From positions 1 through 41,143 of the forward strand of contig JBGSLP010000072.1 of the NCBI GenBank assembly GCA_041740655.1: a stretch of DNA of 41,143 bases, in the 5' to 3' direction. Positions 15,628 through 24,188 of the stretch are shown in pieces. Positions within the stretch are counted from its first letter, which is position 1, and each line of letters begins with the position of its first letter. The stretch comes from Alphaproteobacteria bacterium (GTDB taxonomy: Bacteria; Pseudomonadota; Alphaproteobacteria; Rhizobiales; Rhodomicrobiaceae). Under the pieces are notes generated by a model, which saw only the letters and a list, made by a program, of their open reading frames with translations, had not been told where the DNA came from and made no database searches. A program made the position numbers and the translations under genes.

Positions 15628-15978
15628 ATGCGTTTCCTCCCTATCGGCTTTTTGCTGATGACCTTCGGGCTTTCCCAACATGCAGCGGCAGACGACGTGG
15701 CCGCCGGCAAAAAGCTTGCTGAAAAGTATTGCTCGTCCTGCCACGCGACGGGCCCTGAGGGCAAAAGCAAAGTCGCGACCGCGACGTCATTCCGGAATTT
15801 CTGGAAAAGGTGGTCGAACGCGGATTTCGACACAGCCGTTGCCCGAAGCATGGTGATGGGGGCGCATCCGCGCACGCCGAAGTCGGTGACGGAACCGGAG
15901 GGCTTTTCGGACATCATCGCCTATATCCGCAGCATTCAGGTCGTTCGCATGTCTGAACAGGAGGCCGCAAAGCCATAA
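15628..15978 (+). CDS. Secreted mono-haem c-type cytochrome (paralog A)
   Basis: The signal peptide reads MRFLPIGFLLMTFGLSQHAAA and the haem motif is CSSCH. An AAGGAG SD overlaps the USP stop. It aligns to the cytochromes at 17767 and 21613. Confidence 0.8.
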   Translation: MRFLPIGFLLMTFGLSQHAAADDVAAGKKLAEKYCSSCHATGPEGKSKVATATSFRNFWKRWSNADFDTAVARSMVMGAHPRTPKSVTEPEGFSDIIAYIRSIQVVRMSEQEAAKP

Positions 15979-16162
15979 ACCCGCCGTTACCACATTCTCG
16001 TAGCCAATAGTTGCCGCGCCCACGTCCCCTCCGCGTCACAAATAATGCGAGAATTTTAGTCGGCCAAACCGTTTTCTTTGACCTGGATCAAAGCATTGCG
16101 GCAACGCACGGCTTAAAGTTTGAAGGCGAATGAATAGTGAGCAGTATTCTCGCTGAGGGAAC

Positions 16163-17770
16163 ATGATGCAATCTTCAACCGAAACGCCGCCTCCTTTTAG
16201 GCAAGCGTTGGCTGTGGAGGAAGCGATCTCAGACCAGACTGCGACCATCGAATTTCTGTCAAAGCCCGAGAGTTACGCCGAGGTCCCAACTATAGTCCAG
16301 CGGATCGACACTCACGCCGCCATCGTGTTTCTGGCCGGCGATAAGGCTTACAAACTCAAACGCTCAGTGATTTTGCCGTATCTCGATTTCTCGACGTCGG
16401 AGAAGCGGCGGCAAGTATGCGAGCGCGAACTGAGCCTCAATCAACAAACCGCGCCAAGCCTTTATCTGCGAGTATTGCCAATAGTGCGTAAACCGCGAGG
16501 CAAAGCGCTAATGCTTGGCGGCGTTGGCCTCCCCGTTGATTGGGTGATCGAGATGAGGCGCTTCGATCAGGACGCACTGTTCGACCGGCTTGCCTCCTCC
16601 GGGCGGCTCCAAATTGCGGATATCGAAAACCTGGCCACCGCCATCGCAGCATTCCATAAAGACGCGCCTGCCGCCCTCACCGCGCGGTGGCTGCAAAGCA
16701 TTGATGAGATAGTCGAAACTCTTGACCAAGTATTCCGGTCTGACGTCTCGCGCCGCGTGGGTATCGAGATGGACGGATATGCCGCCGCGCTTCGCAGCGA
16801 GATCGGCAAGCGCGAACAGCTTCTCGCCGAGCGCCAGTACGGCGGCTTCGTTCGGCGATGCCATGGCGATTTGCACCTGCGTAATATCGTGTTGATCGAT
16901 AGGCAGCCGGTGTTGTTCGACGCTCTGGAATTCGACGAACGCCTGGCAACGATCGACGTGCTTTATGACCTCGGCTTTCTCATTATGGACTTGTGGCGTC
17001 GCGACCTTAAGGGTCACGCCAATGCCCTGCTGAATACCTATCTTCTCCATGACGCCAGCGGCAGCGCGCTTGCCGGGCTGCAATGCATGCCGCTTTTCCT
17101 GTCTCTGCGGGCCGCAGTGCGCGCGATGGTCGGCCTGCATGGCCTGGCTCATGTCGGTCTGGAAAAGCAGGATGACATCCTCTTGGATATACAGGGGTAT
17201 GCACACTTGGCGCGCGAACTGCTGTCGCCGCCCCATCCGCAAATGATTGCAATTGGTGGGGTGTCCGGAACCGGGAAATCATCCCTTTCTAAGCGTCTGG
17301 CCCCATTTATTGGCGCCGTGCCGGGCGCCGTACATTTTCGTACGGATGTCGAACGCAAACGGATGGCAGGCGTCGCGTTGAGCGAGAAACTGGAGAGCGG
17401 GCATTACTCAGCCAGCGAGCGAAGCTGCATCTATCGCCATCTTTGTGACCAAGCGGAAGTTGCTCTTGGCGCCGGACAGTCCGTGATTATCGATGCGACA
17501 TTTCTGGATGAAGCGGACTGCGCGTTGGTCGCCAAGAGCGCGCGCGAGCAAAACGTGAAATTTCAGGGCTTATGGCTGGAAGCCAGTCCAGAGCTATTGG
17601 TGGCGAGGGTGACTGTGCGATGCGGCGACGCCTCCGACGCCGACGCAGATATTGTCCGTCGCCAGCTTGGGAGAGCGTGCGCTCCCAAGGGCTGGATCAA
17701 AATCGATGCGAGCGATGATGAGCAACAAACGCTCCAGCGCGCGATCTCAGCTCTCGGGCTGAAACCATGA
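16163..17770 (+). CDS. Bifunctional protein: aminoglycoside-phosphotransferase-like kinase domain + C-terminal P-loop (AAA_33-type) kinase domain
   Basis: The APH-like catalytic loop reads RCHGDLHLRNIVL...FDALEFD. The C-terminal Walker A reads IGGVSGTGKSSLSKRLA. Length is 535 aa. Confidence 0.8.
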   Translation: MMQSSTETPPPFRQALAVEEAISDQTATIEFLSKPESYAEVPTIVQRIDTHAAIVFLAGDKAYKLKRSVILPYLDFSTSEKRRQVCERELSLNQQTAPSLYLRVLPIVRKPRGKALMLGGVGLPVDWVIEMRRFDQDALFDRLASSGRLQIADIENLATAIAAFHKDAPAALTARWLQSIDEIVETLDQVFRSDVSRRVGIEMDGYAAALRSEIGKREQLLAERQYGGFVRRCHGDLHLRNIVLIDRQPVLFDALEFDERLATIDVLYDLGFLIMDLWRRDLKGHANALLNTYLLHDASGSALAGLQCMPLFLSLRAAVRAMVGLHGLAHVGLEKQDDILLDIQGYAHLARELLSPPHPQMIAIGGVSGTGKSSLSKRLAPFIGAVPGAVHFRTDVERKRMAGVALSEKLESGHYSASERSCIYRHLCDQAEVALGAGQSVIIDATFLDEADCALVAKSAREQNVKFQGLWLEASPELLVARVTVRCGDASDADADIVRRQLGRACAPKGWIKIDASDDEQQTLQRAISALGLKP

Positions 17771-18162
17771 AACTGGCAAACCCGCATCCAGCATACCTGT
17801 TGTTCATCCTGGCGCTACTTGTTGTGGCATCACCAAACGCTGCGGAGAAAACTGGGGAGGCGCGCGGGCAGGAACTTGCGCAAACTCATTGCGCCCGGTG
17901 CCATGCAACAGGCGCCGATGATGCGAGCGCTCATCCCTCCGCGCCGAGATTCCGCGATCTGCATCGACGCTGGCCGGTCGAAACGCTTCAGGAGGCTTTG
18001 ACCGAAGGATTGATGACCGGTCATCCTGACATGCCTGAATTTCAATTCACGAGTGAGGAGGCGGCCGCTTTCGTCACTTACCTTGAAACTCTCGCTCCCA
18101 AGACTGCGCCGACAGAACCCGCCCGATCCCAAAAATCACAAGGATGGCGCGATGACAGATGA
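17767..18162 (+). CDS. Secreted mono-haem c-type cytochrome (paralog B)
   Basis: ATGA overlap with the kinase stop. A signal-like segment reads LLFILALLVVASPNAA. The haem motif is CARCH and HPDMP is the candidate axial-Met motif. Confidence 0.8.
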   Translation: MKLANPHPAYLLFILALLVVASPNAAEKTGEARGQELAQTHCARCHATGADDASAHPSAPRFRDLHRRWPVETLQEALTEGLMTGHPDMPEFQFTSEEAAAFVTYLETLAPKTAPTEPARSQKSQGWRDDR

Positions 18163-18523
18163 ACCGCCGATGGATTTAACGGGGCAAAAGTCTCAGCCAA
18201 AATGGCGACGCGGGCTTTTCATGCTCCTGTTTCTTCTCCTGTTCAGTTTCGGTCAATTGGTGATGACGGCCGCTGCCGTGCTGCAGTTTTTCTGGCTTGT
18301 TTTCGCCGATGGGCCAAACGCTCACATAGCGCGATTTGGGCGCTCATTGGCGCGCTGGATGAATGACGTCGCGCTCTATCTCTTTCACGACACCGACCAG
18401 AAGCCATTTCCTTGGGCTGCCCGGCCGACTCCGTGGACACGCAGATTGCAAATCGGCCCACTTTACCGAAGCATAGCCGTTCCTCACGGTGATACACTAA
18501 GACGCTTTTCCGATCACTCCTGA
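18152..18523 (+). CDS. Small membrane protein (DUF4389-like)
   Basis: The ATG at 18152 overlaps the end of the cytochrome gene. The hydrophobic hairpin reads LFMLLFLLLFSFGQLVMTAAAVLQFFWLVF, followed by GPN..ARFGRSLARW...KPFPW. The family name is recalled from memory and unverified. Confidence 0.5.
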   Translation: MTDEPPMDLTGQKSQPKWRRGLFMLLFLLLFSFGQLVMTAAAVLQFFWLVFADGPNAHIARFGRSLARWMNDVALYLFHDTDQKPFPWAARPTPWTRRLQIGPLYRSIAVPHGDTLRRFSDHS

Positions 18524-19645
18524 GGTCCAGATGATCAAGTCGGTCACAGCGGCCCCAAACGCTTCGCCGAGTGCGGTGGTGGCGGATGCCGCATCCACCA
18601 CAGGCGCCGGGCGGGAAGCCTTGAAAACGCGGGCGTCAGCCATCCGCCCGTCCGGTGTCGAGAGTTTCGCGGTGAACTCAACCACAGCTTTTCGATCCGG
18701 TGCGGCTCCGATCTGAAAGCTGCGTATCTCCGTCAGAAGCGTGAAGTCGGCCGTAAGCCCATCGCTCAGCCGCGCGACATGTTGAAGATAACCTGCGTTC
18801 TCAAAGCTTTGAATGACCTTGGCCTGAAACAGTTTCGGCAAGGTGTCGCTCCATTGCGCCGCGCCAAAATCAATCCTTTTACCATCGTCGGCCGCCGCCA
18901 AAATACGCACCGAGTCGAATTCAAACAGGACGACGGGGTCCGCGACAACGATCTGACCGCGTGGCTGAAATGGCAGTGGAGGAAACTGTGTGGGGGGCAC
19001 CAAATCGTAAATCACCGCTGGCGGCTTTCCAGAAGCGCCGCCCGTCATGCGCTCCAGCCCGGCGACCACGCCATCCACGCGATCGGCATTGCGCGCGAGG
19101 GCCTTGGAGAATATGTCGATGTTAGCGATTGTATCCCTAAGCGGTTCAGCATTATCGGCCAAGATGCCATCGAGGCGGTTAAGCGTCTGCCGTGCGGATT
19201 GAGTGAGGCTGGCGCTTGAGTCATCGGCGGCGATCAGCAGCGGCGCAGCGTTGCCCTTACGGTCGAACGGCGCACTCGTCGCATCTCCGCCTGTGAGCGA
19301 GATCGTCGGCACGCCGGTGAGGCCCTGATAATCGATGCCCACGCGCGTGTCGACCCGCACAGCGGTTTCACTCGCAACCGCGATCGTGACTTCGACCCGT
19401 TTCGGCTCGGCCGGGTCGAGTTGCAGCTTCACCACCTCGCCGACCCGCACGCCATTGAACAGAACGCCAGCGCCCGTGTTGAGGCCCGCGACCCCGCCCC
19501 GAAACTCAATCCGGTAAAGCGCGCGCTTTTGAAAGCCGCCGGATCCCTCTAGCCAGTACACAAAGGCGAAGCCGCCGAGAATGACGAGCAATGTGAATAT
19601 CCCGATGAGCGTGTAACGGGCTTTCGTTTCCATTGTATCCCTCAT
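18497..19645 (-). CDS. MlaD/MCE-domain protein fused to a PqiC/YmbA-like ABC-transport auxiliary domain
   Basis: The N-terminal TM plus MCE domain reads YRIEFRGGVAGLNTGAGVLFNGVRVGEV. The C-terminal ~170 aa (AQWSDTLPKLFQAKVIQSFENAG...DFTLLTEIRSFQ) resemble the auxiliary lipoprotein component. ATGA overlap with the ATPase gene. Confidence 0.75.
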   Translation of the reverse strand: MRDTMETKARYTLIGIFTLLVILGGFAFVYWLEGSGGFQKRALYRIEFRGGVAGLNTGAGVLFNGVRVGEVVKLQLDPAEPKRVEVTIAVASETAVRVDTRVGIDYQGLTGVPTISLTGGDATSAPFDRKGNAAPLLIAADDSSASLTQSARQTLNRLDGILADNAEPLRDTIANIDIFSKALARNADRVDGVVAGLERMTGGASGKPPAVIYDLVPPTQFPPLPFQPRGQIVVADPVVLFEFDSVRILAAADDGKRIDFGAAQWSDTLPKLFQAKVIQSFENAGYLQHVARLSDGLTADFTLLTEIRSFQIGAAPDRKAVVEFTAKLSTPDGRMADARVFKASRPAPVVDAASATTALGEAFGAAVTDLIIWTSGVIGKAS

Positions 19646-20430
19646 GCAAAAGCGTGCGGTGGCGGCGCGATCGCTTGCGCCCGCTTACCGCGAAAATAGG
19701 ACTGCACCCATGGATGCGTCGATAGCCGCATCGCCTCCATCGAGCCGACCGCGGCAATGCGGCCGTCGGCGACCACAGCGATGCGGTCGCACACCGCCTG
19801 GAGGCTTGCGAGGTCGTGGGTGACCATGAAAACCGTCAGATTAAGCGTTTCCTGCAAGGTTTTGATCAGCGCATCGAAATCGCCTGCCGATATGGGGTCG
19901 AGGCCCGATGTCGGCTCGTCGAGGAAAACGATTTCCGGGTCGAGCGCCAGGGCCCGCGCCAGCGCCGCCCGCTTCGTCATGCCGCCGGAGAGCTCTGCGG
20001 GAAATTTCTCGGCGTCGTTTGCGTCAAGGCCGACCATCTCTAGTTTGGCCAGCGCCAACTCGTCCATAAGATGCTCGGAGACGTCGAGATATTCGCGCAT
20101 AGGGAACTGAACGTTTTGTCGGACGGTAAGCGAGGAAAACAGCGCGCCATGCTGGAAGAGCACGCCCCAGCGTCGCTCGGTGGCGCGCCGTTCGTCGTTA
20201 GTCATGGCGTCCATGTCCTGGCCGATCAGCATGATGCGCCCGGTGCGTTTTGGGATAAGGCCAATAATGGTTCTCATGAGCACGGACTTGCCACTGCCTG
20301 ACCCGCCGACAACGCCCAAAATCTCGCCCGGAAGGACGTCCAGCGACAGCCCGTCGAGAACCAACCGCTCGCCGAACCCGACCTGTAAATTCTCCACGCG
20401 GATCACCGCCCCGCGGTTTGTATTCGCCAT
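19642..20430 (-). CDS. ABC transporter ATP-binding protein (MlaF-like)
   Basis: Walker A is GGSGSGKS, the signature is LSGGM, and Walker B is IVFLDEPTSGLD. The ATG at 20430 (MANTNRG) is chosen. The longer track ORF to 20721 overlaps the permease and was rejected. Confidence 0.9.
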   Translation of the reverse strand: MANTNRGAVIRVENLQVGFGERLVLDGLSLDVLPGEILGVVGGSGSGKSVLMRTIIGLIPKRTGRIMLIGQDMDAMTNDERRATERRWGVLFQHGALFSSLTVRQNVQFPMREYLDVSEHLMDELALAKLEMVGLDANDAEKFPAELSGGMTKRAALARALALDPEIVFLDEPTSGLDPISAGDFDALIKTLQETLNLTVFMVTHDLASLQAVCDRIAVVADGRIAAVGSMEAMRLSTHPWVQSYFRGKRAQAIAPPPHAFA

Positions 20431-20435
20431 CCCGG

Positions 20436-21581
20436 TCACATCCCGATCGACGCGAAGAAGATGGCGAACAGGCCATCCAGCACGATGACCAGAAAGATGG
20501 ACTTGACCACGGAGGTCGTCGTTTGCAGGCCGAGCGACTCCGTGCTGCCTTTGACGCGCAATCCTTCGGAGCAGGCGACGACGCCGATGACCAGCGCCAT
20601 GAACGGCGCTTTGATGATCCCGACCTGAAAATGCGTGACGGTGATCGCCTCTTTCAGTCGTTCGATAAAGATCGCGGGGGCCATGTCGCCATAAAGCCAG
20701 GCTACCAGCCCCGCGCCGCATAGCGCCGACATGGAGCCGAGAAATGTCAGGATCGGCAGCGCAATGATGAGCGCCAGAACGCGAGGCAGAATGAGGATTT
20801 CGACAGGGTCGCGGCCCATGGTGCGCAGCGCGTCGATCTCCTCACGCATTTTCATCGCGCCAAGCTCCGCCGTGTAGGAGCTCGCAGACCGTCCGGCGAC
20901 CATGATAGCGACGATGAGCACGCCGATTTCGCGTAAAATCAGGATGCCGACGAAATCGACCACGTAGATATCGGCGCCAAACTTCCGAAAATGGAAAATC
21001 CCTTGCTGCGCGAGGATGCAGCCAATCAGAAAGGTGATGAGGAGTATGATGGGAACGGCTTGCCAGCAGACCCGGTCGATCTGATGCACAACCGACGTCA
21101 AACGAAACGTTCGCGCCCGGGAGATCGTACGCCCGCTGACGGCGGTCAATTCGCCGAGCATGGAGGCGAAAGGCGTCAGTTCCCGCCCCTGCCCCACGAC
21201 AGAACGCCCGAGACCTTCGAAAATCGAGGCAAACTCAAACTTCGCGATCGTCGTTTTGCTCGGAACGCGGCCCAAACCTTGCATTTTGTCGAGCAGCTTA
21301 GCAAAATTGGGGGCTAACCCGGTGAGTTGAACCTCGCGTCCGGCCGCTTTGGCCTCCCGCATGATACGCTGCAAGAGCGAGGCGCCGAAGGTGTCGAAGG
21401 CTGTGATGTTTTTCGCCTCGAACACGACGCGACGTGCAGTTCCATAGTTCGGGTTGAGGTCGATACGCTGTTCGATGTCCCCTGCGTGCGTTGCAGTCCA
21501 TGGGCCGACAAGCTCAATGGTTTCGCCAGTGGGTGAAAACATAAATGATGGCTGAGACGGCACTGCATTCTCCTTACTCAA
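20436..21581 (-). CDS. MlaE-family ABC permease with N-terminal STAS-like (MlaB-like) domain
   Basis: The first ~120 aa (IELVGPWTATHAGDIEQ...FEAKNITAFDTFGASLL...EVQLTGL) look STAS/anti-sigma-antagonist-like. The rest is a typical MlaE permease (REIGVLIVAIMVAGRSASSYTAELGAMKMREEIDAL). Confidence 0.85.
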   Translation of the reverse strand: MSKENAVPSQPSFMFSPTGETIELVGPWTATHAGDIEQRIDLNPNYGTARRVVFEAKNITAFDTFGASLLQRIMREAKAAGREVQLTGLAPNFAKLLDKMQGLGRVPSKTTIAKFEFASIFEGLGRSVVGQGRELTPFASMLGELTAVSGRTISRARTFRLTSVVHQIDRVCWQAVPIILLITFLIGCILAQQGIFHFRKFGADIYVVDFVGILILREIGVLIVAIMVAGRSASSYTAELGAMKMREEIDALRTMGRDPVEILILPRVLALIIALPILTFLGSMSALCGAGLVAWLYGDMAPAIFIERLKEAITVTHFQVGIIKAPFMALVIGVVACSEGLRVKGSTESLGLQTTTSVVKSIFLVIVLDGLFAIFFASIGM

Positions 21582-21612
21582 CGGGGGGGCGTTGCACTTA
21601 TGCAGCGTTGAT

Positions 21613-21990
21613 TCAATCCTTCAAGGTGAGGATGTAGGCGATCAAGTCTTCGCGCGCGGTTTGAGGAATGACCAGATTTGGCATGTCCCTGTGCGGCGTT
21701 TGCAGCAGAACTGAGATGGCTATCGCGGAAATGTCCTGCGTATTGGCGATGGCGTCAAAGCTCGGCGCCTTGTCGACTGGCGACGCCGGGTCTTCATCGT
21801 TCGTGGCGTGGCACTCAGCGCAATTTTTCTCGGCATAGTCGGAGCCCGCCTTTGGATCGGCGATACCTTGGGCGGCAACGCTGCCCGGGATTAATAGCAG
21901 TAGAAACAGAAGGACAATGATTTTCCTTGGTATTACAGCGAGATCGCCTCGTTGAAGGCTCCTATGAAAGTGCTTCCTTGAATTGTCCAT
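21613..21990 (-). CDS. Secreted mono-haem c-type cytochrome (paralog C)
   Basis: The haem motif is CAECH and the candidate Met-ligand motif is HRDMP. The signal segment reads IIVLLFLLLLIPGSVAAQG. The ATG at 21990 has a purine-rich SD and is preferred over the GTG at 22023. Confidence 0.75.
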   Translation of the reverse strand: MDNSRKHFHRSLQRGDLAVIPRKIIVLLFLLLLIPGSVAAQGIADPKAGSDYAEKNCAECHATNDEDPASPVDKAPSFDAIANTQDISAIAISVLLQTPHRDMPNLVIPQTAREDLIAYILTLKD

Positions 21991-22037
21991 GCTCTCTCTT
22001 TCCTGAAAGGGACTACGGTTCACAATTCGCGGCGCAA

Positions 22038-22208
22038 TCAGTCAAGCGCACGCTCAATATCCGCGACGGACGCTTTGGTCAGCGTTTTGCCTACCTCTCG
22101 GATGTCGGCGGAGAGGGAAACCTTGCGCTCGCTCCGCGAATTGCGGAAAAACCTGGCGCCTTTTCCATCAGCCACAACGATAAGCGCATGGTGAGAAATG
22201 TTATGCAT
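22038..22208 (-). CDS. 56-aa ORF resembling the N-terminus of host-attachment-protein family proteins
   Basis: It is below the track cutoff. The sequence is MHNISHHALIVVADGKGARFFRNSRSERKVSLSADIREVGKTLTKASVADIERALD. The segment ALIVVADG-x-x-ARFF is recalled as typical of that family, whose members are normally about 140 aa. This could therefore be a truncated gene or non-coding. Confidence 0.3.
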   Translation of the reverse strand: MHNISHHALIVVADGKGARFFRNSRSERKVSLSADIREVGKTLTKASVADIERALD

Positions 22209-22404
22209 CTTTCAGGTCCCCCCGGTTGGTCGAGTCCAGGACTCTCGCAGACAGACGCGAGCGAGGCTTTGATCAGCGTCAAACAACGGCGAAAAAACCA
22301 GGAAACTCCAGGTTTGAAAAGATGTTAAAGCGTTCGCGCGTAATGCCGAGGGCCGCTAGGCATATGGGATGAAAGCGGCAATGCAACGGAAAGGGGAATG
22401 ATTC

Positions 22405-23031
22405 CTATTTCTGAACTAACCCGTGCAATATGCTATCCAAATGCGCGTCGCGTAAGCCGTCGATGTCTAGCGGTTCGAGATTGTCGAACATCATCTTCCA
22501 CAGTGCGCCTATCAAGGCTGGCCCAAAAATCACGTGCGGATAATTGATGGCCGCAGATGCCCGGAACTCGCCCCGTTCCACACCGTATTGCAGCACATTG
22601 CGCATGGCCGCCATGCCCCGTGAAAGCACCTCGGCGTGGTAGAAGGCCAGAAGGCGAGGAAAGCGCGGCCCTTCGGCGATGAACAGTCTCAGAATACGTC
22701 GGCGATCCGTGCCGATCACGTCGCGGTAGAAGATCGAGATCATTGCCCGAAGAGCCGCCTCAGCGCTGCCCTGCGGATCGACCGAGAAAGTCTCGATGCG
22801 TTGCAGCACAGGCAAAATAGCGCTGCGCACCGCCTCCTCGAACAGCGTTTCCTTGCTGTCGAAATAGAGATAAATCGTGCCCTTTGCGACGCCCGCGCGT
22901 TCGGCGATTGCGTCGAGCCGTGTGGCGGCGAAGCCCTCTTGAAAAAACTCCTCCAGTGCGGCTGAGAGGATTTCGCGCATCCGCTCGTTCTTCGCGTCTT
23001 TGCCGCCGGGCGGCGGCGTTGGGTTGTTCAA
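22405..23031 (-). CDS. TetR/AcrR-family transcriptional regulator
   Basis: The N-terminal HTH reads EILSAALEEFFQEGFAATRLDAIAERAGVAKGTIYLYFDSKETLF. It is divergent from the exporter operon. Confidence 0.9.
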   Translation of the reverse strand: MNNPTPPPGGKDAKNERMREILSAALEEFFQEGFAATRLDAIAERAGVAKGTIYLYFDSKETLFEEAVRSAILPVLQRIETFSVDPQGSAEAALRAMISIFYRDVIGTDRRRILRLFIAEGPRFPRLLAFYHAEVLSRGMAAMRNVLQYGVERGEFRASAAINYPHVIFGPALIGALWKMMFDNLEPLDIDGLRDAHLDSILHGLVQK

Positions 23032-23122
23032 CAGGCTCTCCTAATCTGTGGCAATGCATTTCTTTCTGGAAAAGATGCCGTCTTTGACATGGATCATTGA
23101 CAGGGGCAAATACAACCCACAC

Positions 23123-23148
23123 GTTATGACTGACCAGTCGGTCATAAC
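23123..23148. promoter_or_regulatory. 26-bp near-perfect palindrome, candidate TetR operator
   Basis: The sequence is GTTATGAC-TGACCAGTCG-GTCATAAC, with perfect 8-bp outer arms. It lies 13 nt upstream of the exporter ATG at 23162, inside the divergent intergenic region. Confidence 0.5.
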
Positions 23149-23161
23149 AAGGATGAGGGTC

Positions 23162-24181
23162 ATGAGCAGGCGTTTACTTGGCATCGCTGCTATCACCGCC
23201 GGAGTTTTGGCTGGATCATGGTGGATCTATAGCACTCTTATTCGTCCGCGAGAGACCGCCGCTGTCTTTTACGGCAATATCGACATCCGTGAAGTCGATC
23301 TGGGCTTTCGCGTCTCCGGTCGCATCGGCGCGATGAACTTTGACGAAGGCGACGATGTCAAACAGGGCGATGTGCTGGCCGTTCTGGACAAACAGCCGTT
23401 CATGAACGAGTTATCCCTGCAAGCCGCCAATGTGGCGCAGCAGGAGGCCAATGTCGCCAAGCTGCAAGCTGGCAATAGGGTGGAGGAGATTGCGCAGGCC
23501 CGCGCCGATCTCGCGTCACGAAAATCCACGCTTGAGAATGCGCGTGGCGTTTTTCAGCGCCAGAATGAGCTTCAGAAAAAAGAGTTTGCGTCCAAGCAAA
23601 CCTTTGAGGACGCCGCCGCATCGCTCCGGGACGCCGAGGCGAAAGTGCGGTCATCCGAAGAGGCGCTGAAGCTGTCGCTCGCCGGATCGCGCGTCGAGGA
23701 TATCGCCGCTGGCGCGGCCGCGCTGGAGGCTGCAAGAGCGCAGCGGGATGTGGTGCAAACGTCGCTCGCCGACACCGAGTTAAAAGCGCCTGCCGATGGC
23801 GTGATCCTCACCCGCGCCGTCGAGCCGGGCGCTATCGTCGCCTCCAGCACCACCGTTTACACACTATCGCTGCGGAACCCGGTCTGGGTCCGCGCCTATG
23901 TATCGGAGGCCCAACTCGGCCTGCTGCGCCCTGGTTTGGCGGTGAAACTGTACACCGATACGAGGCCCGATGCGCCCTACGACGGCCAGGTCGGCTTCAT
24001 CTCGCCAGTCGCGGAGTTCACGCCAAAGTCGGTTGAGACGACCCAATTACGCGCCGACTTGGTCTACCGCTTCCGCGTGATCGTGAAAACCGCCGATGAC
24101 GCGTTACGGCAAGGCATGCCGGTGACGATCAAAATTCCGGAGAGCGAAGGCGCCCCGCCCGCCATCGCTTCAGGGTCTTGA
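23162..24181 (+). CDS. ybhG: HlyD-family periplasmic adaptor (YbhG-like)
   Basis: An N-terminal TM is followed by a lipoyl-like region (GNIDIREVDLGFRVSGRI), a coiled coil and a beta-barrel region. The ATG at 23162 follows AAGGATGAGGG. Size and gene order match YbhGFSR. Confidence 0.8.
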   Translation: MSRRLLGIAAITAGVLAGSWWIYSTLIRPRETAAVFYGNIDIREVDLGFRVSGRIGAMNFDEGDDVKQGDVLAVLDKQPFMNELSLQAANVAQQEANVAKLQAGNRVEEIAQARADLASRKSTLENARGVFQRQNELQKKEFASKQTFEDAAASLRDAEAKVRSSEEALKLSLAGSRVEDIAAGAAALEAARAQRDVVQTSLADTELKAPADGVILTRAVEPGAIVASSTTVYTLSLRNPVWVRAYVSEAQLGLLRPGLAVKLYTDTRPDAPYDGQVGFISPVAEFTPKSVETTQLRADLVYRFRVIVKTADDALRQGMPVTIKIPESEGAPPAIASGS

Positions 24182-24188
24182 AGCGACA

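Noticed and set aside
19642-20721. Long N-terminal extensions in track ORFs: 19642..20721, 25757..27055, 31526..35485, 8222..9160, 7836..8300, 6219..7646, 23048..24181 and 18053..18523.
   Set aside because: The extensions overlap the preceding gene and are Arg/Pro-rich with no motifs. Internal starts give canonical N-termini, SD sequences and ATGA/TGATG-type coupling.
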